Virus record (IMG/VR): IMGVR_UViG_3300045988_131726
DNA: 64,000 nt
Reading direction: 5' to 3' (one strand)
DNA from: a virus
Below, one piece after another: positions 32,867-42,796 of this stretch. A program made the translations under genes and the position numbers. Under the pieces are notes generated by a model. That model saw nothing but the letters and a program-made list of their open reading frames with translations, made no database searches and had not been told where the DNA came from. The first letter of the stretch is position 1; every line of letters starts with the position of its first letter.

Positions 32867-33186
32867 CAATTTGTTATCCTAGAGGCTCTTTATCCTCTAG
32901 CTCTATAGATTTACTATCTCTATAGTTCGGAGTACATTTTAATCCTATTAACATATAGGATCCGGACACTCTTGGAAGAATTATATTCTACGCTTTCTAC
33001 TTAAATACCTAGCATAGGTTCATCTTCTACTCTCTACACTACCTATTAATATTATTTAATAGGTTAGCTCGGTATTAGCCAATCTTAATGTAGGACTAAG
33101 ATAGAGGCCTTCACCGATTTTGCCCAATTTTCAGTATACATTACTGTATAAAGCGCCAATTTTAGTAGCTAAGCTACTCTGGGTCT
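32867..33186 (-). other. Intervening sequence splitting the capsid gene (intron-like, class unresolved)
   Basis: About 320 nt, AT-rich and dense in hairpins (for example ACCTATTA/TAATAGGT, ATCCTAT/ATAGGAT, CTAGAGG/CCTCTAG). Stops occur in the capsid frame on both sides. I could not find canonical P/Q/R/S elements. Confidence 0.55.
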
Positions 33187-33549
33187 AGCGAACCAGTCTT
33201 CGGGGAAAACAACCTTGAAGGGCTGTCCATTGGCACCAGCAAAAGTCTCAGTTTCCTCATTATTCTCAAGAACCTGATCACTCATGTCACGAGCCTCAAT
33301 GATCGGAATATTACGACGCGAGCTGCCAATAACTTCCCATGTATACTCATCATCAGTCTCAAAGTACTTAACAGGGAATCTCTGGAGATAACTATCGAGA
33401 CTCTTGCCACGATGCTGAGCCAGAAGCTGTACCATAATATTAGTAGCTTTCTGAGGCGCACGACCAAAAATAGCTCCGATGTGGTTATCTCGGGTTAAGC
33501 CTTTCCACGAAGTGAAGGCTTTCATTTGAAATTTACCTAATAGTTGCAT
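33187..33549 (-). CDS. Major capsid protein, exon 1 (N-terminal about 121 codons)
   Basis: MQLLGKFQMKAFTSWKGLTRDNHIGAIFGRAPQKATN...FKVVFPEDWFA. The unspliced frame runs 5 more codons to TAG at 33169. 121 aa is too short for a stand-alone capsid protein. Confidence 0.75.
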
Positions 33550-33564
33550 AATTTATTAATTTAA

Positions 33565-34725
33565 TTAAACGTCAATTCTGTCAATGAAGTCATAGGACTC
33601 TTCCTCCGGCTCCATATTAAAGTTAACGCTACCATCATCCAAAGTTCTAGTATTGTTAAGTTTATGCTCTAATTCTCGTAGGGCACCTTTCTTAGCTTTA
33701 GTTAGCTTCTGATTAACTAGCTTATCAATATTCTTAAAACCATCTGTAAGCGTATACATTAGAGAAAGGTAGTATTGAGCATCTAAAGAATTCTCTCTAA
33801 TATACTTCTGAATAGGAGTCATAATATGACCATCCTCATCTTTGTAACTAGCCTTGGTCATATTATTATAGACCTTCTCACGAGTACCCTTATCAAGATT
33901 AATACCATCAAAAGGTTTATCAGTATTTAGCACCTTAGCTTTAAACTCTTTAAGCTGTTTCTCCTGAGCAGCTTTTGCAGCAGCAGCAGCAGCTTTTCTT
34001 TCCTCAACAATAGAATGATACTCTTCTTTATAGAAGTCTAAACAGCTTTCAAGAGCTGCCTTAGCATCTTCAATATCTGTACCAGCATTAATAGATCTCT
34101 CTACTTCCCGCTGAGCACGTTCTTTCTTAAATCCACGATTAATATAATCGTTGTATATAATCTTCTTACGAAGTGTTTCTGCATTGTCAGATTCAGCTTC
34201 AAGCTCCTCTTCAGATATATCAGAGAGATACTGAATAGCTCCCTCATAACGCTGAATAACATCAGGTTCAACACCGGCATTAAGCATATCTCGGATACGT
34301 TTCTGCTCAGCATCTAGACCTGCATCTATCTGCTTCTTTAAAGCTGCAGCAAATGATTCACTATCCTTTATCTCCTTGATTTCATCTTCGCTTAAGTCCG
34401 GGAAAATACCATCTTCGTAACAAGCCAGTGCGACGGAAGCAAGTATTGGTGTATTGGGAGAAGTTTTATCGCTAGGATCCTTGTCCTTAGTGATATCTTC
34501 CCCGCTTAAGCTAGGATCAGGATCTTCTCCTTCTCCATCCTCAGCACCTCCGCCCTCTTGCTTACCCTTAAAAATCCCATTAGGATCAGGGTCCGCATCT
34601 GTACTGGTATCTGTAGGAGGATCGTTACTAGGAGCTCCAAACTCCAGATCTTCCTCCTCAATTTTAATATCAATAGCGTCGTCTCCGAACGCATTGAGTA
34701 AATCCATTGATAAAGTTTCTTCCAT
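33565..34725 (-). CDS. Acidic, coiled-coil scaffold-like protein (386 aa)
   Basis: Sits directly upstream of the capsid gene. Highly acidic N-terminus (DPPTDTSTDADPDPNG...EDGEGEDPDP) followed by long helical KE-rich segments. Confidence 0.5.
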   Translation of the reverse strand: MEETLSMDLLNAFGDDAIDIKIEEEDLEFGAPSNDPPTDTSTDADPDPNGIFKGKQEGGGAEDGEGEDPDPSLSGEDITKDKDPSDKTSPNTPILASVALACYEDGIFPDLSEDEIKEIKDSESFAAALKKQIDAGLDAEQKRIRDMLNAGVEPDVIQRYEGAIQYLSDISEEELEAESDNAETLRKKIIYNDYINRGFKKERAQREVERSINAGTDIEDAKAALESCLDFYKEEYHSIVEERKAAAAAAKAAQEKQLKEFKAKVLNTDKPFDGINLDKGTREKVYNNMTKASYKDEDGHIMTPIQKYIRENSLDAQYYLSLMYTLTDGFKNIDKLVNQKLTKAKKGALRELEHKLNNTRTLDDGSVNFNMEPEEESYDFIDRIDV

Positions 34726-34775
34726 ACTTCTCCAAAATTTTTAATCTTAATTAGTTAATCTCTTTACATAGATTA

Positions 34776-34815
34776 ATGCAAATATATGAATATTTTTTCA
34801 TATATAAAATACTTT
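34776..34815 (-). promoter_or_regulatory. Bacteroidota-type promoter (recurrent phage motif)
   Basis: Minus strand ...TATATGAAAAAATATTCATATATTTGCAT with the -7 box TATATTTG about 55 nt upstream of the ATG at 34725. Confidence 0.45.
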
Positions 34816-34860
34816 TAGAAATTCACTAATAAATTACACCAATAATTACTACTTTATTTC

Positions 34861-35304
34861 CTATTTAACAGTAATCCATATCTGCTCTCCAGCAGCTACA
34901 GCTTTGTCAAATTTATCTAGTAAAGCTAAGAAGGTTATCTTGCTATTAGATATTCTTCCACTAAAGTAATTCTTTCCAACTAAGATACAGCCTGACGAAT
35001 CAGCTGCACTGTTACCCCAATGTATTAATATACCAGTAAATGAAGGAACATTATTAAGCAGTGGCATATTCCTATTATCTACCTTGGGACTAAATTTAGG
35101 AGAATTTACTAAAGTAATTCTATATCTTCCATTAGGTATAGCAGTCTCATGCATAACCTTCTTCTCATCTCCGTCAAAGATACCATTAGTATTTTTATCT
35201 CTATCTACATCTTCAACGGTATCACACTCGTATACTCCATTTACATAAAGCTTTCCACCCGTATACGAGCTTTGTCTGTCAGTACGCTGTAAGAGTAATT
35301 CCAT
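34861..35304 (-). CDS. YkuD/L,D-transpeptidase-fold cell-wall enzyme-like protein (candidate endolysin)
   Basis: ILIHWGNSAADSSGCILVG matches the H-x-G...S-x-G-C-I active-site pattern of the L,D-transpeptidase fold. 147 aa. Confidence 0.45.
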   Translation of the reverse strand: MELLLQRTDRQSSYTGGKLYVNGVYECDTVEDVDRDKNTNGIFDGDEKKVMHETAIPNGRYRITLVNSPKFSPKVDNRNMPLLNNVPSFTGILIHWGNSAADSSGCILVGKNYFSGRISNSKITFLALLDKFDKAVAAGEQIWITVK

Positions 35305-35307
35305 GAT

Positions 35308-35574
35308 TCAAGAGTTTTCTGAGTGAATAGCAGTCTCTCCCCTTGCTTCCTTAAGCTCCTGCAATAATTCATTGACAGTAGCATGCAACTCTTCATTTAC
35401 CTTCAAGAGGCGTGCAATCTCATCTCGATAAAACTCTCGCATCTTTACAAGAGTTTCTATCTCTACAAGTGTTGCATTAGCATCAGAAGTTCGCTTACCG
35501 CCAAGTTTCCACGTAATGATAATTGAAAGAAGGTTTGACACTCCTAGCGCACTCAATAGCGTAAGCCAATCCAT
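35308..35574 (-). CDS. Small membrane + coiled-coil protein (holin/spanin-like candidate)
   Basis: N-terminal hydrophobic segment WLTLLSALGVSNLLSIIITW followed by a charged helix. 88 aa. Confidence 0.4.
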   Translation of the reverse strand: MDWLTLLSALGVSNLLSIIITWKLGGKRTSDANATLVEIETLVKMREFYRDEIARLLKVNEELHATVNELLQELKEARGETAIHSENS

Positions 35575-36185
35575 TATTTGACTATTAGAATATATCTACC
35601 AGTCTTAGAGATAATATAGGGATTCTCCTCGACCACATCCACTAACATAACCTTATGCTTTCGTTGAAACCATCTGCATAAGAAGAACTTTTTAGGAGGC
35701 TTAATAGTCTCCTTCTTAAGATGTCCTACAACAGATCTTTCACTTGTAAACTTCGGTTCAGTAGTTACCTTATTGGGATACTCCAATCCTAATTTTAAAG
35801 TATACCACTTATCCCCAATAGTAGTATCAATTTTAACCATAGGTTGAAATACCGTATCCCTCAATATTATAGAGTCCTTTTTAGATGCAATACTTAGTTG
35901 ATATTCTAAGTATCTTATATCCTTATCCTTAATCTTGAGCTTCTTCTGAACTTCTAATAACTTTTTACTAATAGAATCATTACTAGATTTAAGCTCGTCA
36001 ATAGTGAACTTAAAAGCTCTTTTCTCATTAGTAAGAGAATCGTTCTCTGCTGCATACGCTTTTATATTAGTATATGCAACAGAGACCTCCTCTCGTAAAT
36101 CTTGAATTTTATTATAAGCCCCGAAGCATAGCCCACCAAGAACTAATATTATTAGTGCTTGAATTGCTATTATCTTCCACTTCAT
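35574..36185 (-). CDS. N-terminally anchored coiled-coil protein (spanin-like candidate)
   Basis: N-terminal transmembrane segment IIAIQALIILVLGGLCFGAY followed by a coiled coil. 203 aa. Its stop shares a base with the start of the next ORF. Confidence 0.4.
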   Translation of the reverse strand: MKWKIIAIQALIILVLGGLCFGAYNKIQDLREEVSVAYTNIKAYAAENDSLTNEKRAFKFTIDELKSSNDSISKKLLEVQKKLKIKDKDIRYLEYQLSIASKKDSIILRDTVFQPMVKIDTTIGDKWYTLKLGLEYPNKVTTEPKFTSERSVVGHLKKETIKPPKKFFLCRWFQRKHKVMLVDVVEENPYIISKTGRYILIVK

Positions 36186-36190
36186 ATTAC

Positions 36191-38980
36191 TTACCTAGTA
36201 GACGGATATATTGGATGTACTACTATAAATACTTCCCAAGCAGCAGTCTGAAGATTCGTAGTATCACTGTAAACTAGAACCCTAAATATATTTTGATAAT
36301 CTCCTAAATCAGAGGGCTTAGTAACTTGAAGTCCAACTGCTCGAATATCAGAGTAACTACTAGATGATACTATCGTTGAGCACATTGGAGTTAACCACGC
36401 GCTATTAGGTATACCTGTAGTATTAAAAGTAATTTGAAGATGCTTATTATCTACCCAATTACGTGATGTTGTTACAGTAATACCAGGTGCACTAGTATAG
36501 CTGCTACCAGTTAAAAGTTCTCCGCTGCTTGTATTATGAATAAGATCATATTCTATTAATCCTGTATATGATATAGCTTGTGCAACTCCTAAATACCTAA
36601 GCACTGAACTACCATTTGTTGAATATGTTATCACATACTCAGACGGATTTAATAGAGTTGCACTACCAGAAACTTCCTTAGTAGAAGGATCTATACTTGT
36701 TACAGTAAAGGAAAAACGTAGTTGTCCAGTAGGAATTAATTCTATAGTAGAGAAAGATAGTGGATCATATATTATACTACCATTAAATAATTGGCCATTA
36801 TCACAACTATTTACAGTTAATCCTTTTATAACAGAGACTCCATATTGTCTATTATTGACTATACATCCTTCGTAAGTAGACCCAACTTCATAATTGTAAT
36901 CATTTGCAGATAATTTAAATGTATATTCTTTAGAAGTTGTAATAAGATCATTAGGAATTATATATCTTAGTGCATTAATAGTAGTAGATTCATTAGAAGT
37001 GTATTCTAATGTAGAAAATCCTTTAATAGAAAGATCCGTAGCTTCTACTGAGCCATCAGCATTAAACTTAACTTTACCTGCTGCAAGATGGCCTGCTCCA
37101 GTAGCAAAGTTAAACATTATGTTAGGAATAAACGTCCTAATACCAGGTTTAGCAGGATCAGTACTATTAGCAGGTTCTCCAGGAGTTACACTATTAAAAT
37201 TCTCATAATGTGTAGAAGTATTCCCATTTTCATCTACTCCCTGCTGACTAAACATGTAGTCTCCATTAAATACTGCAGAGCCAATTAAACCATTAGCAAT
37301 GATACCAATCTTGGCATAAATAGCTTCGAATGCTTCAAGCTTAACCCAACTTCCACTAGTATCCGTACTAGGGCTTTCATTATTATGTAAGGTTCCTTGC
37401 CAAGATCCTACTTTGTTTAATACATAGTAATTAGCATCCCCAGAATCATATACATAAGGAGCCTTATACTCATCACATAAATAGGTAGTATTTACATTAT
37501 AAATACCTTCAGGATAAACAATCTGACCTTTAGAACCAGGAGCACCAGGTGTTCCAGGAGCTCCATCTAAACCATTAGTACCACTAAGTTTAGCAGGGAT
37601 AGACCATGTTCCATCTACAGAACCAACTCTATCAGAATTATCTGTATAATTAATACGAGCCTGTATAAACCATATATAGGGGTTATCTTCAGTCACCATA
37701 GGAACAGTTGTACTCCATCCCGTAGGATTCCTATTATCTCCTAAATCTGTACTACCAGTATAGGTAGTATCAGTGCCGAGACAATGTCTTACTTCAATGC
37801 CCACACCAGGAATTCCAGAGACACCGTCCTTACCAGCAGGTCCAGGATTACCAGTAGGACCCGTAGCCCCATCTTTACCATCTTGTCCCGGAGGACCTTC
37901 TGGACCTATTGGCCCCTCAGGACCAGCCTCACCACTGATAACAGTAGGAGTAGACCAGTTAGTATATAAAGTATCGTTAGGATTAATTGTAGCTACAATC
38001 ATCCACATGAATTCCTGAGTAGCTTTAATAGGAGGAGTCATAGACCATCCTGTAGGAGTTCTTATGGTCTTATCAAGAGCAGGAGGAGTAATATTACTTG
38101 CACTAACAGCAAATCTCATCTCTGTATATTTACCATCCTGTGTAGTACCATCTCTACCATTTACAGGTATTACTTCAGACCATGCTGTGACAAGATCTGT
38201 AGCACCATTTACAGTACCGATACATTGCCACCAGTTACCGCTAGTATTAGGATAATCTTCCCAACCATCAGGATGAGGACTAGTACCAGTAGGAGCTTCA
38301 GGCTTAGAATCGCTTAACTTATAGACATAAGTCTTATAGTTAGGTACTGAACCAGCTGGTCCGGGAGGACCCTGTTCTCCAGGGTCTCCCTTATCACCAG
38401 TCATTTGAATAGGATCACTCCACTCTCCTACAAGAGTAGCACCTCTAAATGTAGCTGTAATAGACCATATAAATTCTGCAGATGTATGAATAGGTACAGA
38501 GGTTCCCCATACTGAACCAGGATTAATATTATCCTTAATAACTACAGGAGGGATAGTAGTACTAGTAGTCTTAGCATACATAATCTTAATACCAAGACCT
38601 TCCTGTCCATCTGAACCTGGCTTTCCATCAGTTCCATTCTTACCGGGAGCTCCTTCAGGTCCCGGAGGTCCGGGTTCACCATCAGCACCCTTAGGTAAGT
38701 CAAAGCTAAATTTAAAGACATTGTCTTCTAATCTAACTGAAGCATTTGCAATACTAGTAGACGTTACTGAATCTACAGTAGCTTCAAAGTCTGTGGTACC
38801 TCCACTACCAGATCCTCCTACTAAAACCCACTTGTCTTCATTACAGTCAAAAGCCAATAATTCCCATAAGGAAGGCTTACCTGTAGCTGTAGGATGTAAC
38901 CAAGTAACGTTTAAAGTCTCATCGGGGGGGGGCTCTAGGCCTACCCAGATTTTACCAAATCCATTTATATAATGATACAT
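36191..38980 (-). CDS. Tail fibre protein with four collagen-like G-X-Y tracts
   Basis: G-X-Y runs such as GADGEPGPPGPEGAPGKNGTDGKPGSDGQEG and GEAGPEGPIGPEGPPGQDGKDGATGPTGNPGPAGKDGVSGIPG. I moved the start to ATG 38980 (MYHYINGFGKIWVG...), which parallels the N-terminus of the 662-aa fibre and removes the overlap with 39015-39884. Confidence 0.7.
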   Translation of the reverse strand: MYHYINGFGKIWVGLEPPPDETLNVTWLHPTATGKPSLWELLAFDCNEDKWVLVGGSGSGGTTDFEATVDSVTSTSIANASVRLEDNVFKFSFDLPKGADGEPGPPGPEGAPGKNGTDGKPGSDGQEGLGIKIMYAKTTSTTIPPVVIKDNINPGSVWGTSVPIHTSAEFIWSITATFRGATLVGEWSDPIQMTGDKGDPGEQGPPGPAGSVPNYKTYVYKLSDSKPEAPTGTSPHPDGWEDYPNTSGNWWQCIGTVNGATDLVTAWSEVIPVNGRDGTTQDGKYTEMRFAVSASNITPPALDKTIRTPTGWSMTPPIKATQEFMWMIVATINPNDTLYTNWSTPTVISGEAGPEGPIGPEGPPGQDGKDGATGPTGNPGPAGKDGVSGIPGVGIEVRHCLGTDTTYTGSTDLGDNRNPTGWSTTVPMVTEDNPYIWFIQARINYTDNSDRVGSVDGTWSIPAKLSGTNGLDGAPGTPGAPGSKGQIVYPEGIYNVNTTYLCDEYKAPYVYDSGDANYYVLNKVGSWQGTLHNNESPSTDTSGSWVKLEAFEAIYAKIGIIANGLIGSAVFNGDYMFSQQGVDENGNTSTHYENFNSVTPGEPANSTDPAKPGIRTFIPNIMFNFATGAGHLAAGKVKFNADGSVEATDLSIKGFSTLEYTSNESTTINALRYIIPNDLITTSKEYTFKLSANDYNYEVGSTYEGCIVNNRQYGVSVIKGLTVNSCDNGQLFNGSIIYDPLSFSTIELIPTGQLRFSFTVTSIDPSTKEVSGSATLLNPSEYVITYSTNGSSVLRYLGVAQAISYTGLIEYDLIHNTSSGELLTGSSYTSAPGITVTTSRNWVDNKHLQITFNTTGIPNSAWLTPMCSTIVSSSSYSDIRAVGLQVTKPSDLGDYQNIFRVLVYSDTTNLQTAAWEVFIVVHPIYPSTR

Positions 38981-39014
38981 AATATCTATAACTATTTTGG
39001 AGGGGATATTAACT

Positions 39015-39884
39015 CTATTTTCCTGAAATGTTGTAAACACCCATAATGTAATAGTCATCTTGAGGAACACTACCATTCGTATCTATGTGTAGATTGAAGT
39101 AGTTGTGCCCTATCAATTTGGTGCTGGCATTAAAGGCTAATGCTGCAAACTCCCCGGTACCGTAATCTACATACTGCTCATCTAATGCAGCAGCATAACC
39201 TTGGATGGAATTGTCTACAGCACCTACATGTACAATGGCGACTCCCTGCATATAAAATGTTGATGCCTCAGATCTTCTCATGAAGTCTATACGGAGTATA
39301 TCGCTCTCTTTCAAAGCACGGTTCAGAGGTACTTGAACCTCACCTAAACTAATGTTGATATGAGGAGCAACTTCAGTACCCTGTTCTAACCAAGTGGATA
39401 GCTTCTCTACTGCAGAGCTACCTCCAGCAGATAACTGCAGCCACTCTTTCTTTACAACTGGATAAGGCTGTATTGTTATATCATAAGTAGTAAGGTCAAC
39501 TTCAATCATCACAGTTTGAATCTGCTCAAAAGGAGGCTCTTCTCCATCATTAATTCCAGGTTCACCTTGTGAGTTAATAGGTATATTTCCTGTTATGAAA
39601 TAGGCTTTACTATCATCTGCTGAAGCCTTAAAATAAGGTGTATAATCTACCCCATTAGGAAATAATACTATTGCAGACTCTTTAAGTTCCTCTACACGTG
39701 AAGCATCTATCTTTTGGCTCTGAGATTCACTTTCAGATATAGTATAAATATTAAGTCCACTACTTGCTAAGTCAGCAATCTGCTGTGCTGTAACCTTCTC
39801 TGTAGCAGAAACTTGGAATTCTTCTGTACCAGTAGCCGCAGACTTTAATGTAAACTGTGAAATATTTTTAAAAACATTAGCCAT
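39015..39884 (-). CDS. Hypothetical tail-fibre-module protein (289 aa)
   Basis: ORF located between the two fibre genes. Confidence 0.5.
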   Translation of the reverse strand: MANVFKNISQFTLKSAATGTEEFQVSATEKVTAQQIADLASSGLNIYTISESESQSQKIDASRVEELKESAIVLFPNGVDYTPYFKASADDSKAYFITGNIPINSQGEPGINDGEEPPFEQIQTVMIEVDLTTYDITIQPYPVVKKEWLQLSAGGSSAVEKLSTWLEQGTEVAPHINISLGEVQVPLNRALKESDILRIDFMRRSEASTFYMQGVAIVHVGAVDNSIQGYAAALDEQYVDYGTGEFAALAFNASTKLIGHNYFNLHIDTNGSVPQDDYYIMGVYNISGK

Positions 39885-40020
39885 ATTTAAGATTAATTAT
39901 TGTTTGAACCTAGTTTTATTATCCGAGTGTATACTGGACTCCTCATCATACGTGGATATAATCAATATAGGAACTAAAATAAACATGATCTTTTAGTATT
40001 TAAATACTGCTAGTAACAGG

Positions 40021-40281
40021 CTAGATTTGTTCACCATTATAGACTATTTTCTTAATAGTACTTGTATATCCACCTGAAGTAGATTCAGAAAGATGACCCG
40101 CCTTAGTCTCATCATAAAGACTATATGTTCCATCTCCGTAAGTAGCAATTACCAGATTGGAGGACGTGGGATTATAAGACCATATTACTGTCCCATTATA
40201 GACAACTCTCTTAATAAGAGTATTATCGTCTGCAGCTAATACTTTCCCATTTAAGGTAATAGTCTTTATTCTGTAACTCAT
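40021..40281 (-). CDS. Small hypothetical protein (86 aa) with internal duplication
   Basis: VVYNGTVIW and KIVYNGEQI occur as repeated motifs. 2 nt downstream of the 662-aa fibre gene. Confidence 0.45.
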   Translation of the reverse strand: MSYRIKTITLNGKVLAADDNTLIKRVVYNGTVIWSYNPTSSNLVIATYGDGTYSLYDETKAGHLSESTSGGYTSTIKKIVYNGEQI

Positions 40282-40283
40282 AA

Positions 40284-42272
40284 CTATGTAGTTTCTTCTA
40301 ACTCTATATAGAGTATATTGTCCTGTTGCATAGGAGCTGTCCCATATACTATCTCTACTCCTTTAATCATGCTAGATCCTACAGCGTTAATATTAGACCT
40401 TGCTTGTTGCTTTTGAGTATCAGTAAGAGTTTGAGTTGCATTATAGATAACAGAACCTAAATTAAATGGCCAACTAGTTAGAAGATTTAACTTCTTAGTT
40501 GAAGCTAAAAGTGCCATATAGACCATTGTTGACGAATCTCTAAACGCATAGAACCCAGTCTGTTCTGAATTAGACCTACCTCTTGTAAAGATCATAGGAA
40601 TACTATCATTACCAGAAATAACCAGTCCTTTAGCGTTCCAAATTTTATTAAAATTAGCGTCAGATAAATGTGTACCCAACAGAGAGTAATCTACATGTAC
40701 AAAATCCAACCCTATATTAGATAGAGCTACATCCTGCTGCTCACTCGTCAAAGCCGGTTTCTGCACCGAGAAATGCACGGCATCGGGATCGAAATACTTA
40801 TAGGAGCCTATGCCTGACACCGAGCCAGTAGCACGACGAATAGTAAAGCCATTAATGTAGGTATTATTGGAAAATCGGTAAAACCTAACAACGTTAGAGT
40901 CTATATGACCAGACACCCACAACTCCCCAAGGTCAGTAAACAGAACAGCCTTAGAAACAGACACCTCTTCTAGTTCCTCCGCCGATAAAGTAGACCCTAA
41001 AAAGCTACTGTCCGTGACGTATACCTTCATGCCTAAATTGGCAAGAGCCTGTGCCTGCTCACTCGCAGAAAAGTTCTGAGTAATATCAGTTCGAACCGCC
41101 TTCGTGGCAAAATCAGAAGACGTGACACGATCATTGATGCGCTCCTGAAGCTCAACGGAAAGACAATTCCAATCAATGGAATTCTTAAGAACCGTGGCAT
41201 GGATGGCATTATTCTCGTCTATAGAAATCTGAATCCGATCGCCAATAGAACCAACATATTCCTTCACAAAGGCACTAACCGGAATACTCGTGGTAGTACC
41301 ATCAGCATTATCAAACTCAATGCTCTCGGTCTCTGCGTTATAACGTAAGGCAAGCTGCTCGATAGGCAAGTCAATCTCTACAGACGCACCAGCAAGAGTC
41401 GTGAATGTAATCTTATAAGACGACGAATCGTAAGCCGGAAGACCTACACAAGTGTTAAGTAAATTCCGAATATCAGCATGAGAAGTAGATGACGTATTAT
41501 GAACAGATATGCTCTCCGTAACAGACTCTGAAGATGCCTTCTTACTTAACTCCTCAGTAACAGCCTTCTGAGACATAACTTTTTCTATGGAGTCTCCGGT
41601 AGATTGAACTACTTCTACAAGTGTAGGACCATAATTATTTACAGTAGCCCCAATTACAACATCTCCATTAGTATTTAGCGATACATATTTCGTCTCTCCA
41701 GACGTATCAGGGGAATAGAATCCAATATGTAATCCTCCATATGTAATTATAAACAAAGGAACTAGCCCTAATTTATCCTCTCCTACCTTAAGATATAATT
41801 GCCAAACATATTTAGTAGGATCTGCTAAAAACTTACGGTAATGTTCAGTAAGTGTTTCTAAAGGCGTTACAACAGAATAAACTTTCTCATCATTAATAGT
41901 TAATTCTATAGCAAGTCTAGTAATAGTTTCATCAAAAGGTAAGTCTTCTAATGAAACAGCTCCTATATTCTGACGTGCTATCTGCTGCTGCTCAGGGGTA
42001 AGATCCTGTACAGTATCATATAATACTACCTTAAGCTCTTGTAAAGACTTAACATCTTTTTCAAGATCTCTTATAAGTACTAATAATCCTTCAGCAGTTA
42101 AGGCTGCACTAGTTAGAACCTCCCATCTCTCTTTATAGATATTATAGGTCCTAATTTCCCATAATACCCTATGATCATCAGAAGGCCTCAACCAAATAAT
42201 ATTATTAGCAGGGTCGGGAGGGAGTTTAGACCCTACCCAAACCTGACCTAATCCTGTTTTATATGAATACAT
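40284..42272 (-). CDS. Tail fibre protein (662 aa) with repeated fibre motifs
   Basis: Four copies of an (L/F)(T/S)xxEQ-xx-A-x-x-N-(I/L)-G motif: LTPEQQQIARQNIGA, FSASEQAQALANLGM, LTSEQQDVALSNIGL, LTDTQKQQARSNINA. Its N-terminus resembles that of the collagen fibre. Confidence 0.65.
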   Translation of the reverse strand: MYSYKTGLGQVWVGSKLPPDPANNIIWLRPSDDHRVLWEIRTYNIYKERWEVLTSAALTAEGLLVLIRDLEKDVKSLQELKVVLYDTVQDLTPEQQQIARQNIGAVSLEDLPFDETITRLAIELTINDEKVYSVVTPLETLTEHYRKFLADPTKYVWQLYLKVGEDKLGLVPLFIITYGGLHIGFYSPDTSGETKYVSLNTNGDVVIGATVNNYGPTLVEVVQSTGDSIEKVMSQKAVTEELSKKASSESVTESISVHNTSSTSHADIRNLLNTCVGLPAYDSSSYKITFTTLAGASVEIDLPIEQLALRYNAETESIEFDNADGTTTSIPVSAFVKEYVGSIGDRIQISIDENNAIHATVLKNSIDWNCLSVELQERINDRVTSSDFATKAVRTDITQNFSASEQAQALANLGMKVYVTDSSFLGSTLSAEELEEVSVSKAVLFTDLGELWVSGHIDSNVVRFYRFSNNTYINGFTIRRATGSVSGIGSYKYFDPDAVHFSVQKPALTSEQQDVALSNIGLDFVHVDYSLLGTHLSDANFNKIWNAKGLVISGNDSIPMIFTRGRSNSEQTGFYAFRDSSTMVYMALLASTKKLNLLTSWPFNLGSVIYNATQTLTDTQKQQARSNINAVGSSMIKGVEIVYGTAPMQQDNILYIELEETT

Positions 42273-42451
42273 ATCTTATCAATTTTTTATGCGTCAAGCC
42301 CTAACTTTGTTTTCAAGCTATTTATAAACGAATTACTGTTTAAAAGAAAATCGGAAACAGTTAATAATGTTATCTGAGTTAAAGAATTAGTATTAAAATT
42401 ACAATCAAACGTTGCAATGGTATTAACGTTACGCAATGCGCAAAACCATCT

Positions 42452-42796
42452 TCATGTATTAGTATAATCACTTCGTGTATATATGATAGGAAAATTATAC
42501 CCTGTTAGATTATCTACAATTATACATTCTGCAGTCTTAATGCTTTCTGCTACGTCATCTGAAACAGTAGTACCAAAAAGAGAAAAATCTAAATGTACAG
42601 CATTTGATCCTGTATCATTGGGAAGTTGATCAGCAGGAACTTTACCATCTACAAGATCAGCCTTGCTTTCTAACGCTTTTTCAAGTTCTGCCTCAGTAAC
42701 TCCCTTATCTTCTAGATTAGATAATGCTTGCGCTAGCTGAGGATTTGTTATATCATAACCTCTCTCTAGCTGTAAAAGTATTTTCTCGTTAGTCAT
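42452..42796 (-). CDS. Small fibre-related protein (114 aa)
   Basis: ITNPQLAQALSNLEDKG and VHLDFSLFGTTVSDD...IIYTRSDY resemble repeat units of the 662-aa fibre. Confidence 0.5.
   Translation of the reverse strand: MTNEKILLQLERGYDITNPQLAQALSNLEDKGVTEAELEKALESKADLVDGKVPADQLPNDTGSNAVHLDFSLFGTTVSDDVAESIKTAECIIVDNLTGYNFPIIYTRSDYTNT

Noticed and set aside
33282-34694. Same-strand alternative-frame ORFs 33282-33467, 34101-34313 and 34506-34694, and the antisense ORF 34454-34744.
   Set aside because: They are nested in capsid exon 1 or the scaffold-like gene. Their translations are low-complexity.
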